Assembly: GCA_028534125.1 (NCBI GenBank)
Contig: CM052816.1
Coordinates: 39,930,001-39,994,000 of the forward strand
Direction: 5' to 3'
Length of the DNA: 64,000 bases
Source: Lama glama
Taxonomy: Eukaryota
A program made the translations under genes and the position numbers. Of the stretch, positions 1 through 12,684 are shown one piece after another (within the stretch, counting starts at the first letter, position 1; the number at the start of each line of letters is the position of its first letter). Below the pieces are notes generated by a model. It made no database searches and had not been told where the DNA came from. It worked only from the letters and a program-made list of their open reading frames with translations.

Positions 1-296
1 ATTCATATAAAACCATGGCACAACTAAATAAGTGCTGCTAAGAACTAAATAAGAGATAGCTAGAGGAGAAAAATACACATCCACATGATAAAGTCAGAAG
101 TACTTATATTCCCACTCATACAGTTTAAGAAATTTTAAAAATGATAGCTATGCACAAAATATTTAATTCTGTCCCACCAGAAGTAATGATTTTTATTTAA
201 GTAATAATTGATTTAACAAATATTATATCCTACTGTGTTCCAATTTCTATAGAAAAAGCTACAGGGAAAAAACTTTATGAACAACAGTGACTGAAC

Positions 297-605
297 GAAG
301 ACACACATGAACTTATTTACAAAACAGACTCACAGAAAATAAAATATATGGTTACCTGGGGGGAAAGGGAGTGGGAAGGGATAAATTGGGAGTTTGAGAT
401 TTGCAAATATTAACTACTATACATAAAATAAATACACAAGTTTCTTCCGTATAGCACAGGGAACTATATTCAATATCTTGTAGTAATCTATAATGAAAAA
501 GAATATGAAAACAAATATATGTATGCACATATATGGCTGAAATATTATGCTCTACACCAGAAATTGACACAGCATATAAACTGACTATACTTCAGTAAAA
601 TAAAA
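297..605 (+). mobile_element. L1 3' UTR fragment, artiodactyl/camelid type, 5'-truncated
   Basis: Typical L1 3' UTR text (ACAGACTCACAG...GGTTACC-G-rich tract...TATAGCACAGGGAACTATATTCAATATCTTGTA...) ending in an A-rich tail. Similar to the copies at 6358, 19466 and 61690. Confidence 0.9.
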
Positions 606-679
606 CTCCTCAACAAAGAAACAGACATGTAGCACATTATAGCAATTCTTAAGTTTTACTTGTTATCAAACCAGACATA

Positions 680-1300
680 AGGACTAAAATCAAAAAGTCT
701 GACAATTCAAAATGTTGGTGAGGATATAAAGCAAATGGAATCCTCATATACTGCAGCTGGGAATGTAAAAGTGGACTACACTTTAGAGAATTCTTTGGCA
801 GTTTCTTTTGAACATACATTTACACTAAACTTTGCGATTAATCTCCATGAAACTATATGCTTATAAAAGTATATTAATAGCAGCATTATTTGTAAGAGCT
901 GGCAATTGCAAAAAACAAAACAAGAGTTGTTCATTAACAAGAGAATAGATAAATGAGTTATGGCTCAACCATACAATGAAATAACATTTAGTAATATAAA
1001 AGAATGAGCTTCTGATGACTGAACTTCAAGACCTCAAGACATGATTTCAAATAAAAGAAGCCCAACATGAGAAAGCAAGTAAAATTAATTATCGGTGGTA
1101 GAAGTTAGAAAGTTGCTGCCACTAGGTTCATAAGGGTGGGGAAAGTAGCTCTAAAGGGACACTGAAGAAAAAATCCAAGGTGATGCAAATAGTTTTTATT
1201 TTCTTCTACATGGTAGTTATTTGGGGCTATGTAATTGTCAATTTCACCAGAAGACTTGTGCATTTTACTGCTTGAAAACATACTTTGATTAAAAATGTAA
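680..1300 (+). mobile_element. Old L1M (L1ME-like) ORF2 end / 3' UTR fragment
   Basis: Degenerate L1 ORF2 C-terminal motif (TGTTGGTGAGGATATAAAGCAAATGGAATCCTCATATACTGC...GGGAATGTAAAA) followed by L1ME-like 3' UTR. Confidence 0.7.
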
Positions 1301-2199
1301 GTCTTCTGGTGTTTAGGATATAAGAACACTGTTTCGTACTTTTTGGGAAGGCATGTGTATCAGGAAAGAAATCTCATTGATTTCTTGTATCCACATTCAT
1401 ATATTTTAGGACTCCCAGAAGATGCTTAGTTCAGGCTTTATGGCTAGTTTCTTTCATATGATAACCTCAGAAAGGCCAGCTACAATGGAAATATAATTAA
1501 ACTATTCTCTTGAGGCGAATTGACAGAGTAGATTTATTTTTCCTTGAGAGCTGATAGAGGATATATTATTTAACTTTACTTACTGTTGTTAGCTATTTTA
1601 AAGAAATATTGCCCTATTTTAGTGTTCAACAGTCTGTAAAGTTTTCAAGGTTGGGGAATAATAATTTTCTCAACCATATTTAGTTTCTCAATATAATTTG
1701 GCCATATGCCAACATTATATCATTCAGGTATATTTTATTGGCAAATTGTTTTGATATATCTTGGTAATCTATTAGAAGAAAAAGCAGTGTTGCTTATGAA
1801 CAGAGGCAGAAAGCTGTTAGTGAGAGATTGCTCTTTCCTGTCTCATTCACCATGGAACTTTATCAGCTGATAAATATTTTGAACTTCACCCAGCATATAA
1901 CAGTCTGATATTATAAATAAGTCAAACAGGCAATGCATTTTGGATGGAGATTTTTAAAAGTAAAATTCAGTATATCTAGATGAATTAGTGGTTTTCACAA
2001 AAAAAAAGTGTGTATTCAAGAAAAAAATTTATGAATACTGTCAGCCTTGAGCTAATATAGATCACTAATGCTAAATTGGTGACAGCTTTGGTGTAAAAAG
2101 GTTTCAGGTCCCTTGGAAATGGATCTCAACTCTGTCTGAATTTTATAGAAACACAGAGAGGTTTTGAAATATATGGATACATTCAAATCACTCTACAAC

Positions 2200-2290
2200 A
2201 ATCATTTCAGGGAGCAGGGCCAATCATAGTTAAGTTTAAAAGATCCTCAAGTAGTTCTAATATGCAGCCAGGTCGTAGAACCCTTGGTAG
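2200..2290. mobile_element. MER5-like hAT-Charlie fragment
   Basis: GTTCTAATATGCAGCCAGGTCGTAGAACC resembles the MER5A terminus. Confidence 0.45.
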
Positions 2291-2389
2291 CTCTGAGGGC
2301 CTTTGAACCATCAATTCTAATTCTCAAGCTAAAGATAAAAGGGGATAAGCTTTGTATGCTCCAATAGTTAGATCTAAAATTTCTAATTG

Positions 2390-2485
2390 TTATTTAACAA
2401 TCCTGGGTCTTGTTTTCCTCATATGCAAAATAAAAGCATTAAACCTGTTGATCATTGGATTCCTCTCTAGCTCTAAAATTCTTTC
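2390..2485 (+). mobile_element. MIR/MIR3 SINE fragment
   Basis: TTTTCCTCATATGCAAAAT core and a CTCTAGCTCTAAAATTCT-like end. Confidence 0.55.
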
Positions 2486-4164
2486 ATTGTCTTAATGTAG
2501 GTATAATCTCCAGTGAGAGGCAAATAAGCTTAGCTTCTTTCCAGTCTTCTCTTCATTTTGTCACTGACTCAGCTTACTTTTTTGCAAAAACGTCATTTGT
2601 CTTTGGGAAGAGAAACACATGAAATAAAAATTTATCAGGATTAAGTCCTTCCATGTGGAGGGTCTCCTTTAAATTGCTCTCTTCTAGTTAACTCCAGCAG
2701 TATATGTCTAAATACACTAAATTTGTTCCTGTTACTATGACTAAAACTTATTATTAAGTTTTATTTAAGATACTTCCGGGTTAAATTTGGGAATGTTCTC
2801 CATTTTTGTTTGGGGGAAGTAACCACAGAGAAGTTAACTGCTGAAGTTATATTCTTAAATTCACAAAACATAATTTATTTCTTTGTTTCCTGGTATTTGC
2901 ATTATTGATAAACCGGAGTCTTCAAAGGCAGGAATTAAGCAATATTATATGTAGAGGACTTGATCACATGTTTGAAGGACATTTCTCCTAGGAGCATTGC
3001 TGGGAAAATAGTCCTTTTATAAGTCCTTTTATAAGAAAGCTAACAGTTAGGAGAAGCAATAGCAAATCAGAGAACCACAATTGTAAGAGCGTAAAAACCA
3101 TGGTAAAAAGAGAACCAGGAGGAGAAAAAAAAAGATGAGTTCACAAAGATTCAAAGACAGACAGCAGTGCCTTAATAGGTATGACCATACATCTACCAAA
3201 AAGAAAAAAAAAAAGTTCAGAAAAGAGCAGAAGAATGAGGGCATGGAAGAAAATAAGGAAATGAAACACCAACTTTGTCATTCCTCATTAGAGAACATTC
3301 AGTTTGGCAATATTGCTTAATATTGTTCTCAAAGAAATGTCTTTTTAAAAATAATCCCAATGTTATAACTTTGTGTATAATATGAAATTGGATTCCTTCA
3401 TTTGAAGGACCACTGTTCAAAAGTAATGAAACAAATTCTACGTAATATAAATGGCAGTTATGCCCATGGGGAAAGTGTTACGGATTATCAGTGAGGACCC
3501 CCAAAAGCCAAATTTAAATATAATTTTCAGGTGAACTTTTAGGTTAAAAATTGTATTTATTTACATTAAAAAATTTTTTTCATACTTACTTTTAGTTTTC
3601 TTCTATATATTCATGTTTCCTCAGTGCCCTCTTACCATTGTTCTAGACAATGAGGAAATTTGTCACATTTCAAAGCAATCTTCCCAGGAGGCTCAAAGAT
3701 CAGATATATTCTCTCACTATTCTGCCTGTCTTTTCTAGGGAGAAAGCCTAAAGACTTTATTATTTTACATGCTTCACAAGACAACTCTTATATAGAAGAG
3801 AAAATTAGCAAGAGAAAAGTTTCTTCACTAACGGTGTAGTCTCCTCAAGATTATTAACATCAAATTGGAAAGCAAGTATACTTGTATTAATATCAACAAA
3901 ATTATGTAGTTTTTACAGCCAGTAAACATGTTATTGATTACAATTAAAAATTTCAATATATTGATTCATGTTAAAAATATATAAAATCATTATTATTGAC
4001 CTGTTTTACTATAAAAATTTTCTTTTCGGAATGAATTCTCATACCTGTCTAGCCAGGTCACAAATCAGTTTTTCCTTCCCTTGGTACTTCCAGCTAATCT
4101 CTTTTATGTGAATTGTGATGTTGGTGAGTAAATAAAATAACACAACCCCTTTTAAACTGTTTAT

Positions 4165-4280
4165 TTTAATTTGAGTTAATCAAGAATAATAAAAATAAAA
4201 CTTAAACTCTGTATTTGCACTAACCACATTTCAAGTGCTCAGGACCTAATGCTATCTTATTGGACAGTATAGGTCTAGAC
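4165..4280. mobile_element. MER3/MER33-like hAT-Charlie fragment
   Basis: GCACTAACCACATTTCAAGTGCTCA...TATTGGACAG matches the recalled MER3/MER33 end. Confidence 0.6.
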
Positions 4281-4750
4281 TGTTAAAAATCAAAATATTG
4301 ACTGCTGGTTGACAGCACTATTCTTAGGTAAAATCATTCTTGCAGAATTTAGCCTGAGCAGCTTACTTTCCACTCTTTAGATTTAGAACTAGTTAGTAAT
4401 GAAAATGTGTATTTTCTGGTCTTCAACATACTTGAAAGATGATACATATACAAAAAAATCACATTTTACAAAATAAAGGATAGTACTGCAGTAGTTCTGC
4501 TGAACAGAGGACACTTGGAGTCTTGAGACCAGTGTTTGACTCATGAGAAACTCAGTAACAGGATAAGAAGAGTTCTACGTATTTTCAAAGTGAAGTGATT
4601 TTTTTCTGTACCCACACATACACAAACCAATATTAAATAGGAAATCACAATTTAGTAACGTAAGTTATTTACATACCCTTTGATTTTATAAAAGGACTGA
4701 CATTCTTCTATATACCAATATGCTTTATTCCACTTTTTGCCATCTCATAG

Positions 4751-4849
4751 CATGTTTTGGCTAGTAGTCTCTTGGGTCTGCGATCCTAAGATCCCACCTC
4801 TGAAGCCTGATTCCATTGCCATGTGGGGGGCTTGTAAACACGGGAACAG
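4751..4849 (+). other. Exon-like segment (99 nt, possibly cryptic)
   Basis: Acceptor ccatctcatag and consensus donor CAG|GTAAGT; open in one phase only (MFWLVVSWVCDPKIPPLKPDSIAMWGACKHGN). No recognisable protein. Confidence 0.2.
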
Positions 4850-4939
4850 GTAAGTTGATTTAGTGCAGAGAAGAGGAAAAGGGAGGACACAGAAGGGTGT
4901 CTCTTTACCATTTGCCTCAAGACCTTAATTCAACCCCCT

Positions 4940-5650
4940 AAATTAGGGGAACTAAAATGTGTAAACTGACTAAACAGTTTTATGAATAATTTTGAGTAAA
5001 TCACCCTAAGCAGAACTGCTTCATTTCCAGTGATATTTGTAGGACAGAATGGTATGACGACCATGGAAGGGAAATACAAATCTAAAACAAACAAATAAAT
5101 TATGTAATTAATTTTTGTGCTGTCAGAAGGGAAAGAGAACCCCCCTTCCTTTTTCATTAGTGTTTTCTTTAGAGAACTTGATATTGTAAATAATTTCTGT
5201 CTCTTTAAGTGGTATGTAAATCTTTTCAAAATCTAAGTAAGACTTTTGCCAGTTTTGCATCTCAGAAATGTTATTCTTGGAGGACGTAGAGCCATCTCCT
5301 TTAAGTCTCTACATCAACGAGACTGGCATCCTATTTCCTTGTGGGAATTTAGTGTAGATGCTAGGCTCCAAGTGGTACTCTGCTGCTGGTGGCAAAAATA
5401 CAAGAAGTTCTACCTGTCCTTTGGATAAACACAATTAACACATACGTAATAGATTATATCTGCCTGACCATATGAAAGAATGAGATTTCTCTTTTTTTCT
5501 TTTGGTAATCTCTAACAGATTGCCTGTGATGTGTGTAACCATCTGGTTTAATGCTTGTTTAATAATAAAACTGTTTCATTATTTTCCATATTTTGTGGGG
5601 AGGTCTTACTGGATTGGCAGGAGACTTTATTTTTAACTGTTTTCTCCAAA
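4940..5650 (+). mobile_element. MER34-like ERV1 solo LTR
   Basis: 3' part TGGTTTAATGCTTGTTTAATAATAAAACTGTTT...TTTGTGGGGAGG...TTTTCTCCAA matches recalled MER34-family LTR ends, including the poly(A) signal. Confidence 0.7.
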
Positions 5651-5733
5651 TCTGCAACCTCCAAATCTGCATGGCTCTAAAGGAAGTCAGGGCTAAGAAA
5701 TAATAGCTGAAGCAAGAAAACAAAATATATTAT

Positions 5734-6059
5734 GGGTCAAGATGACGGTGGAATGCTAGGCTCCTGACTTTCCCTGTTTCCACGGACCCACAGAACAAAC
5801 AGCTACACATAAGTTAATTCCCTCTGAGAGAAGTCCAGGACTAGTTGAGAGACTCCTACAGACCACTCTGGGCAACTGAGAAAATACCTCATGGAGATGG
5901 TAGGAAAAGCTGAGACACACTTGCATCATAAAAACCACCTCTGGAACAGTACCTTAATTAGCTTGGCTATAGTAATCATTTCATTATGTACATGTATATC
6001 AAATCATCGTGTTGTATACCTTACAAATGTGTAATTTTATTAAAAATAAAATAAAAAAG
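5734..6059 (+). mobile_element. Bipartite L1-derived element: L1 5' UTR start joined to an L1MA-type 3' end, with TSD
   Basis: Starts GGGTCAAGATGACGG (like the L1 5' CAAGATGGCG motif). About 215 nt of 5' UTR-like sequence, then TTAATTAGCTTG...GTATATCAAATCATCGTGTTGTATACCTTA and an A-rich tail. Flanked by the exact direct repeat AAAATATATTAT (5722-5733, 6060-6071). Confidence 0.75.
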
Positions 6060-6357
6060 AAAATATATTATCAAATGAAATGTAATATGCTGACAGCAGC
6101 TAGTAGACTGACCTGTAGGAGTGTGAACTGTGTCTCTGTGGACTTCCCAAAATAAAAGGGCCCCTTGAAACTGGGTTAGTTTCTGAGTAAACCTGCTGAG
6201 AGCTTCACATAACTATAAATTAGCACATTTAGCAAATTTATGAGTATGTCTTATTTCAAAATCAAAGGCAAGCAAGCTGATATATATTATTTGTGGTTGT
6301 AATAATCATTTTCTAAATCAAAATAATTTCAGTAGATACCTTCTGTGGATCCTTAAA

Positions 6358-6695
6358 TCTTTTATTTTTGAAGTATAGTTAATTTACAATGTTGTGTTAG
6401 TTTCAGGTGTACAGCAAAGTGATTCAGTTTTACACATACATATTCCCTTTCAAATTCTTTTCCATTATAGGTTATTATAGGATACTCAATATAGTTCCCT
6501 ATAGGTCCTTGTTGTTTATCTATTTACATTTACACCTGGTAGTAGTGTGTATATGTTAATCCCAAACTTCTAATTTATCCCTCCCACCCCCCTGCAAATC
6601 CCTCTCCCCTTTGGTAACCATAGTTTGTTTTCTAGGTCTGTGAGTCTGTTTCTGGCTTGTAAATAAGTTCCTTTGTATCATTTTTGTTTTAGATT
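6358..6695 (-). mobile_element. Artiodactyl-type L1 3' UTR, 5'-truncated, with TSD
   Basis: TTGAAGTATAGTTAATTTACAATGTTGTGTTAGTTTCAGGTGTACAGCAAAGTGATTCAG is a typical antisense L1 3' end. TSD TGTGGATCCTTAAA (6344-6357) / TGTGGTTCCTTAAA (6696-6709), one mismatch. Confidence 0.9.
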
Positions 6696-7748
6696 TGTGG
6701 TTCCTTAAAATTTCAGAACTCTGTTTCACACAGCTTATGACTTATTCCTAGAGAGTCAAATAAATACTTTGAGGGAGTGCAGTAAGTCTTTCAGATGACT
6801 TTGGATTAAGTGGTGGCCTAGCAATTAGGATAAATTATTATCAGAGTGCATTTTATGTTGCCTGACTTGAATTGTCCCATCACTGTTCCCTAGTTCAGTT
6901 ATAGGCACCATTCAAATGAGTCACTCTCTGTAACCTGATGATAATCAGTACACACAGACACAACACATATGACCATGACTATTTTTTCTTTTTCATTCTT
7001 TTACAAAATAAATATGCTATTTGTGAAGGTGCAAGAAGACATTGGTGGAAAAGATTACCAGGATATACTTATCAGTTATGTAATGTACTAGTATTTTCAG
7101 GTGTTAATTTATGGCATAAAGAGATAAAGTAGTTGAGTGTGTTGAGAATGAAAAACAGGCATTTAAGCAAGAATAGCAGGAAAGAATTCTGTCAATTTTA
7201 AGGTAGGAGCAGAGGCAGGCTCAGTATGAATCACTGGTGTTGAATATGTATTTTATTCTTCTTGATATGTTTTTGTTCATCTTGTGTAAATGTGTAAAAC
7301 TCCATCCTCCCCTTTCCTGATAGAGAGACAGAGACAGAGGCAGAGATACACTGACTAACCACAGCCAGACCAGTCATAATATAATCTTGTTATTTTCAAA
7401 TTCTGAGGTATAGAGGAGTATCTGTTTCCTGCAGTTCAGCGATTCCCCAGGGCACATTAAGTATAACTGTTGGCACTTTCAGATAATGCTTGATAGATCA
7501 ATTATTTGTGATTTTATAATTTGTATTACAACTGAATTCTAAATACAAGTACAGTGAAGTAGTCTGAATTACAAAAGTGGATAAACTGTGTGTTAAGTGA
7601 TTTCCTTTGTTGTTCTACTAGAATTTAATGCATTTCCAGATAAAGAGAAACAAGCCTTAAGTCTGATAATTTGCTGGAAAGCATGAAATTAACTAAAATA
7701 TTTAAACGTGGTTTCTCTTAGAAACAAATGGTACTATTATTACCTTAC

Positions 7749-7843
7749 CTAACTCAGCTGTCCGGCTGGTGCAGTACCTTCCTGTGAGAGCGCTGTAGTC
7801 GCTTTGTTATGTGGGCTCACATCACCAGATGGCATGCAATATT
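7749..7843 (-). CDS. Candidate internal exon carrying a stop codon; peptide (E)YCMPSGDVSPHNKATTALSQEGTAPAGQLS*; gene unidentified
   Basis: Acceptor gtatctttcag, donor TAG|gtaagg. 95 nt, one open frame (phase 1) ending in TAG at the exon end. Higher GC/CpG than its flanks; not repeat-like. Confidence 0.4.
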
Positions 7844-9066
7844 CTGAAAGATACTAGCTGAAGTGTTTTGAAAGATAGCTCCTTGATGAAATTTTCACAA
7901 AGAATACTTGGCATTATTAACAAGTCTATCTGATTATCTTACACACAAGTGTAGATAAAGCTATTAAGAATAGCCTCTTGCTTTCAAAACAGTAGCACAA
8001 ACATACCATCCTCTGCACATTTATGTAATCTATTCAGAGAAAACATACATTTACAAAGTACTAGGCCTAGAATGTGTCTGTTCAATAAAATCCACTCCTA
8101 GTTTTTCATAAAAGGTATACAGAGCCATTTTCTTTATAAGATATCTCACTTGTTCTAAGTTTTCATTTTACATTTAATCGAGACATACTGACTTTTTAGA
8201 TAAAAGCCCTATGTGCAACTTATGTCTGGACAGTCTTACAAAATTGCATTCAAGTCCTCTAGCATACAATAAGGAATCTGCTTATTCTATTGCGTGAAGA
8301 ATATGTTGAAGTAGAGTGCAGTTCTGCCTAGTTTCCAGAGGCATCACTTAATGGACTAAGAGTATACCTAATTCATAAAAATTTTGACGAATCCATTTCA
8401 AAAATTTGTCATTAAAATTTCTCCCTTTCCTGTCAAATTCTCAGTGTGTCACAAAATGGAATAAGGCCTAAAGAGTGAGGCATCATTTTCTCCTCACTCA
8501 TCTGATTTCTTTACTGTTTCCATAATTCTCTCTCTTCCCACTGCTCGCCAGAACAAAATATTCCTTTCCTGATGAAGATTTTTTGCCTGTTTATGACCTG
8601 TAAAAAATCTGAGATTCCTACTACTAAATCATTGTAAGTGTAGCTAATGGCATAGGAGCTGGATATCAAAGAACAACATGGATATACCGGCAGGAGAGGA
8701 AGCTGACTGGAATGGTAGGCCCAGCTTTGTGACGTACGTCAAACTAGACAGGGCTCTCTCTCTGGAAAACAGATATGGATAGCCCCACAGAATCTATAGT
8801 CTACTGATCAGTGTACTGATCCATATGAGTCTTTCAGATATTACACTCTTTTTAAATAGGAAGAAAACTAGGGATTATATAATACAGTTTTTTGTGTGTG
8901 TTTTGTTTTGCACAGGAGAAAATTTAGGTTAGACAGGTAAATATATTGCTCATGGAAACACGCCTAACTAGTGGGTATGTCAGATCTAGATGTCAAATAC
9001 CTTGAATCCTTTATAGGATTACTTTTCACAAACAAATGTATTAAGAACTATAAAATTGCACATGCT

Positions 9067-9649
9067 GTAAACAGAATTTCTAAAATGTTTCCCCAAACGT
9101 GTCCAAATTCTAGTCAATATAGAATTTGAATATAAAGAGCTATCGCTCCCATGATTGTGTTAATTTTATATGTCGTAATTTTATATGCCTCCTTAAAATA
9201 AAGCAGTTATCCAGATGGGCTGGATTCATTCGTATGAGCCCTTAATAGCAGAGCACTTCCTCCTAATGGCAGATGGGGAAGTCAGAGAGATTTGACATAT
9301 GAGAGGGATTTCGCATACCACTGCTGGCTGGAAGACTGAGGGAGCTACACGTAAGGACTAAGAACAGCTTCTAGGAATCAAATGTAATTCTCAGATGACA
9401 TCACGCCAGAAAATGTGTACCTCAGTTCCACAGTCATCAGGAACTGAATTCTCTCAACAACATGAATGGTCTCAGAAGCAGATTCATTCCAGAACCTCTA
9501 AACAGGAGTCCCACTTGTCCACATCTTACCGACCTTGAGACCCTAAGCTCACCTGGACTTTTGGCCCCCAGAACTGTGAGATAACAAATGATTGTTTTAA
9601 GCCACTAAGTTGACTATAATTTGTCACTCAGTAAAATAAAATTAATACA
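9067..9649 (+). mobile_element. MLT1E-like MaLR solo LTR
   Basis: GAAGTCAGAGAGATTTGA, GGAACTGAATTCT...CAACAAC and the end CAGAACTGTGAGATAACAAATG...TTTTAAGCCACTAAGT...TAATACA. Confidence 0.8.
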
Positions 9650-9919
9650 CATGTATCAGCTATCAATTTGACAAAATTTAAAAATATGCTAAGATGTCAC
9701 TGGTAAAATTTTTATTATAAAATCAATTTTACTGAGTATAAAATTGATGACACATTACTAAGAGGCAACCTAGCAATATGTCTCAAAAGCCTTAAAATTA
9801 CTCTTTTAGTTTGAAAGAGTAGCTCCCATTTAGCTCTTCAGTTCCCTAAAGAAATAATCATGGACATGGGGAGAGGTAAGCACACACGATGCCATTTTCA
9901 GCACTGAGTGGATCACTAT

Positions 9920-11269
9920 ATTGTGGTCAGCGGAGCACCATTCCTTTCCACTAGACATTGTTTCCCACCACAGCTCACGTCCTCATGGCTTTCACAGCAG
10001 CTCCCTAGACCCAAGATAGGCCAGTTAAAATTCTTCACCAAAACTATGTAAAGCAATTTGTGTTGTTTATTTGTGGAAGAAACTAGGAAAATCAGGCTGG
10101 ATACTATCAATGACCATCTTCTTGCCATGGGACGGAAATCATTCTGTGCTCAGAAAGCAAAAAGGCTGAAAAAAGGAAGGAAACCAAAGATGACAGGAAA
10201 GGGAATATAAGGGTTCAGGTATCCATTCCAATGTGGAGGAGGGGTTCCCTTACACCACCAAACAATTCACAGACACCAGCAGGTTGTCTGAGAATTCAGT
10301 TCGATCCTGACACTATCTATTTGGAGACAGCATCAGATTCCACAGTTTAGGTTCACTCCTACAAGACTGCTACCCTATTTAGACGCAGGTAACTGGCTAC
10401 AAACTGGAGGTTCCGATGACCCCCAGCAACTCAGGATGCCAATTTCAAGTCCAAATTATCACTGTGCTTCCGAGTGACTGGCTATAGATTCGAGGTTTGC
10501 ATTACCCTCTCCTCAGGTTTGATTAATTTGCTAGAGCGGCTCACAGAATTTAGGAACCCATTTTTCACCAGATTATTGGTTTATCATAAAAGGATATAGC
10601 AGGAACAGCCAGATGGAAGGGATGCATAGGGCAAAGTATGGGGAAAGCACTTAAGAGCTTCCATTGCTCTCCCCTACTGTGCCACTTTCCCCAATCGCCA
10701 CATGTTCACCAACCTGGAAGCTCTCCAAACCCACTCTTTTTGGGTCTTTATAGATTCTTTATTATAAAGGCATGGTCGATTAAATCATTGGTCACTGGTG
10801 ACTGATGGGAACCACCAATGCCTCTCCTCTCCCCAGAGACCTATGGTGGGACTGAAATTTCCAACTCTCTAATCACATGATTGGTTTGTCAGGCAGCCAG
10901 CTCCTAGGTCCAAAAGTAACCTCATAAATGTAACAAGACACCTTTACTGCTTTTATCACTCAGGAAATTCCAAGGGTTTTAGTAGCTCTATAACAGAAAT
11001 AAGGACGAAGACCAAATACATATTTCTTATTATAAATCATATTATTATACAGAGTGAGAGATGGATCTTGGAGGAACTGAAACCCTTGTCCAGTGATTCA
11101 TGAGACCCTGCCACATTCATAAATTTATTATGGTTTTTGGTAGAGGTCATCCTTCATCTGCGTGAGATACACTAGTATTTTTCAAATAAAAATAGTTTTG
11201 GTCTACTTTTTGCTTAAGCTGGTATGACTTATATTTCTGTTGCTCAAATATAACACTTTGACTAATTCA
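9920..11269 (+). mobile_element. Old ERVL/MaLR LTR (LTR33/LTR16/MLT1K-like) split by a MER21-like insertion
   Basis: Pieces at about 9920-10205 and 11052-11269; end TTTGCTTAAGCTGGT...TTTCTGTTGCT...TGACTAATTCA is typical of this LTR group. Confidence 0.5.
10206..11051 (-). mobile_element. MER21-family LTR, near full length
   Basis: GACACCAGCAGG...CTGACACTATCTA...AGCATCAGATTCCACAG, TTAATTTGCTAGAGCGGCTCACAGAA, and the end GACCAAATACATATTTCTTATTATAAATCA (reverse complement of the MER21 start). Confidence 0.8.
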
Positions 11270-12684
11270 GTTTTACTTATAAGAGCAACAAATGTGAAAT
11301 TCCAGCATTAGCATATTAAGTAAATTATGGCACTTTCATATTATGGAATTTTATACAGCTGTGAATAATCAGATTTTTAAAAAAAAATGGCTTAAGAAAT
11401 TTGCTTACATTACATTACAATAATACATGAAAACTGAGGATACAAACAGTATGATTTTATTAGTTGATACTAAAATGTTAAAACATATAAAAAGAAAAAA
11501 TAATGAGAACATGTTAACATATTAATAGTTGCTACTACCAATGGGATTGGTTTTTTTTTTTATTACTCTACTCTTTTCTCTTGTTCAACAAAAGACATGT
11601 ATTACTTTTGCAATAAGAAAAATAACTTATCCTACTTAAAATGGTCCTCTGATTAAAAAGCAATTGAAGCTTTATAAAGAAACAGATAATTCACTTGTTC
11701 TTAGTAAAAATAACAGTTAAGGAGGACATTGGATTATATTCCCATACTACTTTCAGATAGAATGTTAGTGAATCTCTGTATTTGTTTTTCTTAAAAAGTG
11801 TCAGTTTCTATTTAATTAAAAAGCAAAAGTAAAGTATTGAAATTCAAGACAATTTTGCATCAAGTAAAATTCTTCTTTTGTTTCTGTGTATTACTTATAT
11901 GATCCCCAAGTGCCATCTCCAGTTTAAGCAACAAAATTGTTTTGGTATTTAAGAAATCATACAACTATAATGAATTTGTGATTATTTTGCCATCTTTTGT
12001 TCTAGGGAACTATTTTTAGTTCATGTGCTTTTCAAATACCATAAAGACCTCAAAAAGAACATAGACAACTGATTGAAAAATGATCATGTCTTCTTTCTCT
12101 GGATAGAGACAGTAGTCATTTCAGTGTGAGGTAGTGATAGCCATATAGTTAAACCATAGTATTTACTTAACTCCTCTATGCCAATCAATATGCCACCCCA
12201 AATAGGAGAATACTTGAGGTATGTGTACTGCCTTTTAATGGTTCTTTTAGCTATTATCTGTAGTGTTCGTAGTTGTAGATGCTAAGAACTACCCTAAGTG
12301 ATTTACACAACTCTGAGTAAGTATTACTGTCATTTTAGAGTGTGGGTACTTGAGGTTTGGGGCTGGGAGATTACAAAGCTTCCCCAAAGTGCCATGGATA
12401 GTATCAGCTTTGGATCTGTTGGGCTTCAAATCCTGTGCATTTGGTGCCTAATGCCTTCATGAAATCTGTAACATGTAATATATATACAACATGCATTCCC
12501 TTGGCCTAGCTTACCTGTGAGTTGCCCCATTCTATTCCCAGTACTAGTTTGCCTTACCTACAAGCCAGTGATAGCTATAGGTTAGAAACAGTACATACAA
12601 GGACTGAGAATTGGAACTCTGGCTCCAAGATTGTTGTGTTATTTATGCCAGTAAGTTAGAGAATAGCCTTGCCAAATTGTGTTA

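Noticed and set aside
358..380. G-quadruplex-like tract
   Set aside because: Standard G-rich segment of L1 3' UTRs; not locus-specific.
3010..3035. Short tandem duplication AGTCCTTTTATA x2 (similar ones at 5644-5671 and near 49421-49456)
   Set aside because: Two-copy slippage-type duplications; no array or spacer structure and not CRISPR-like.
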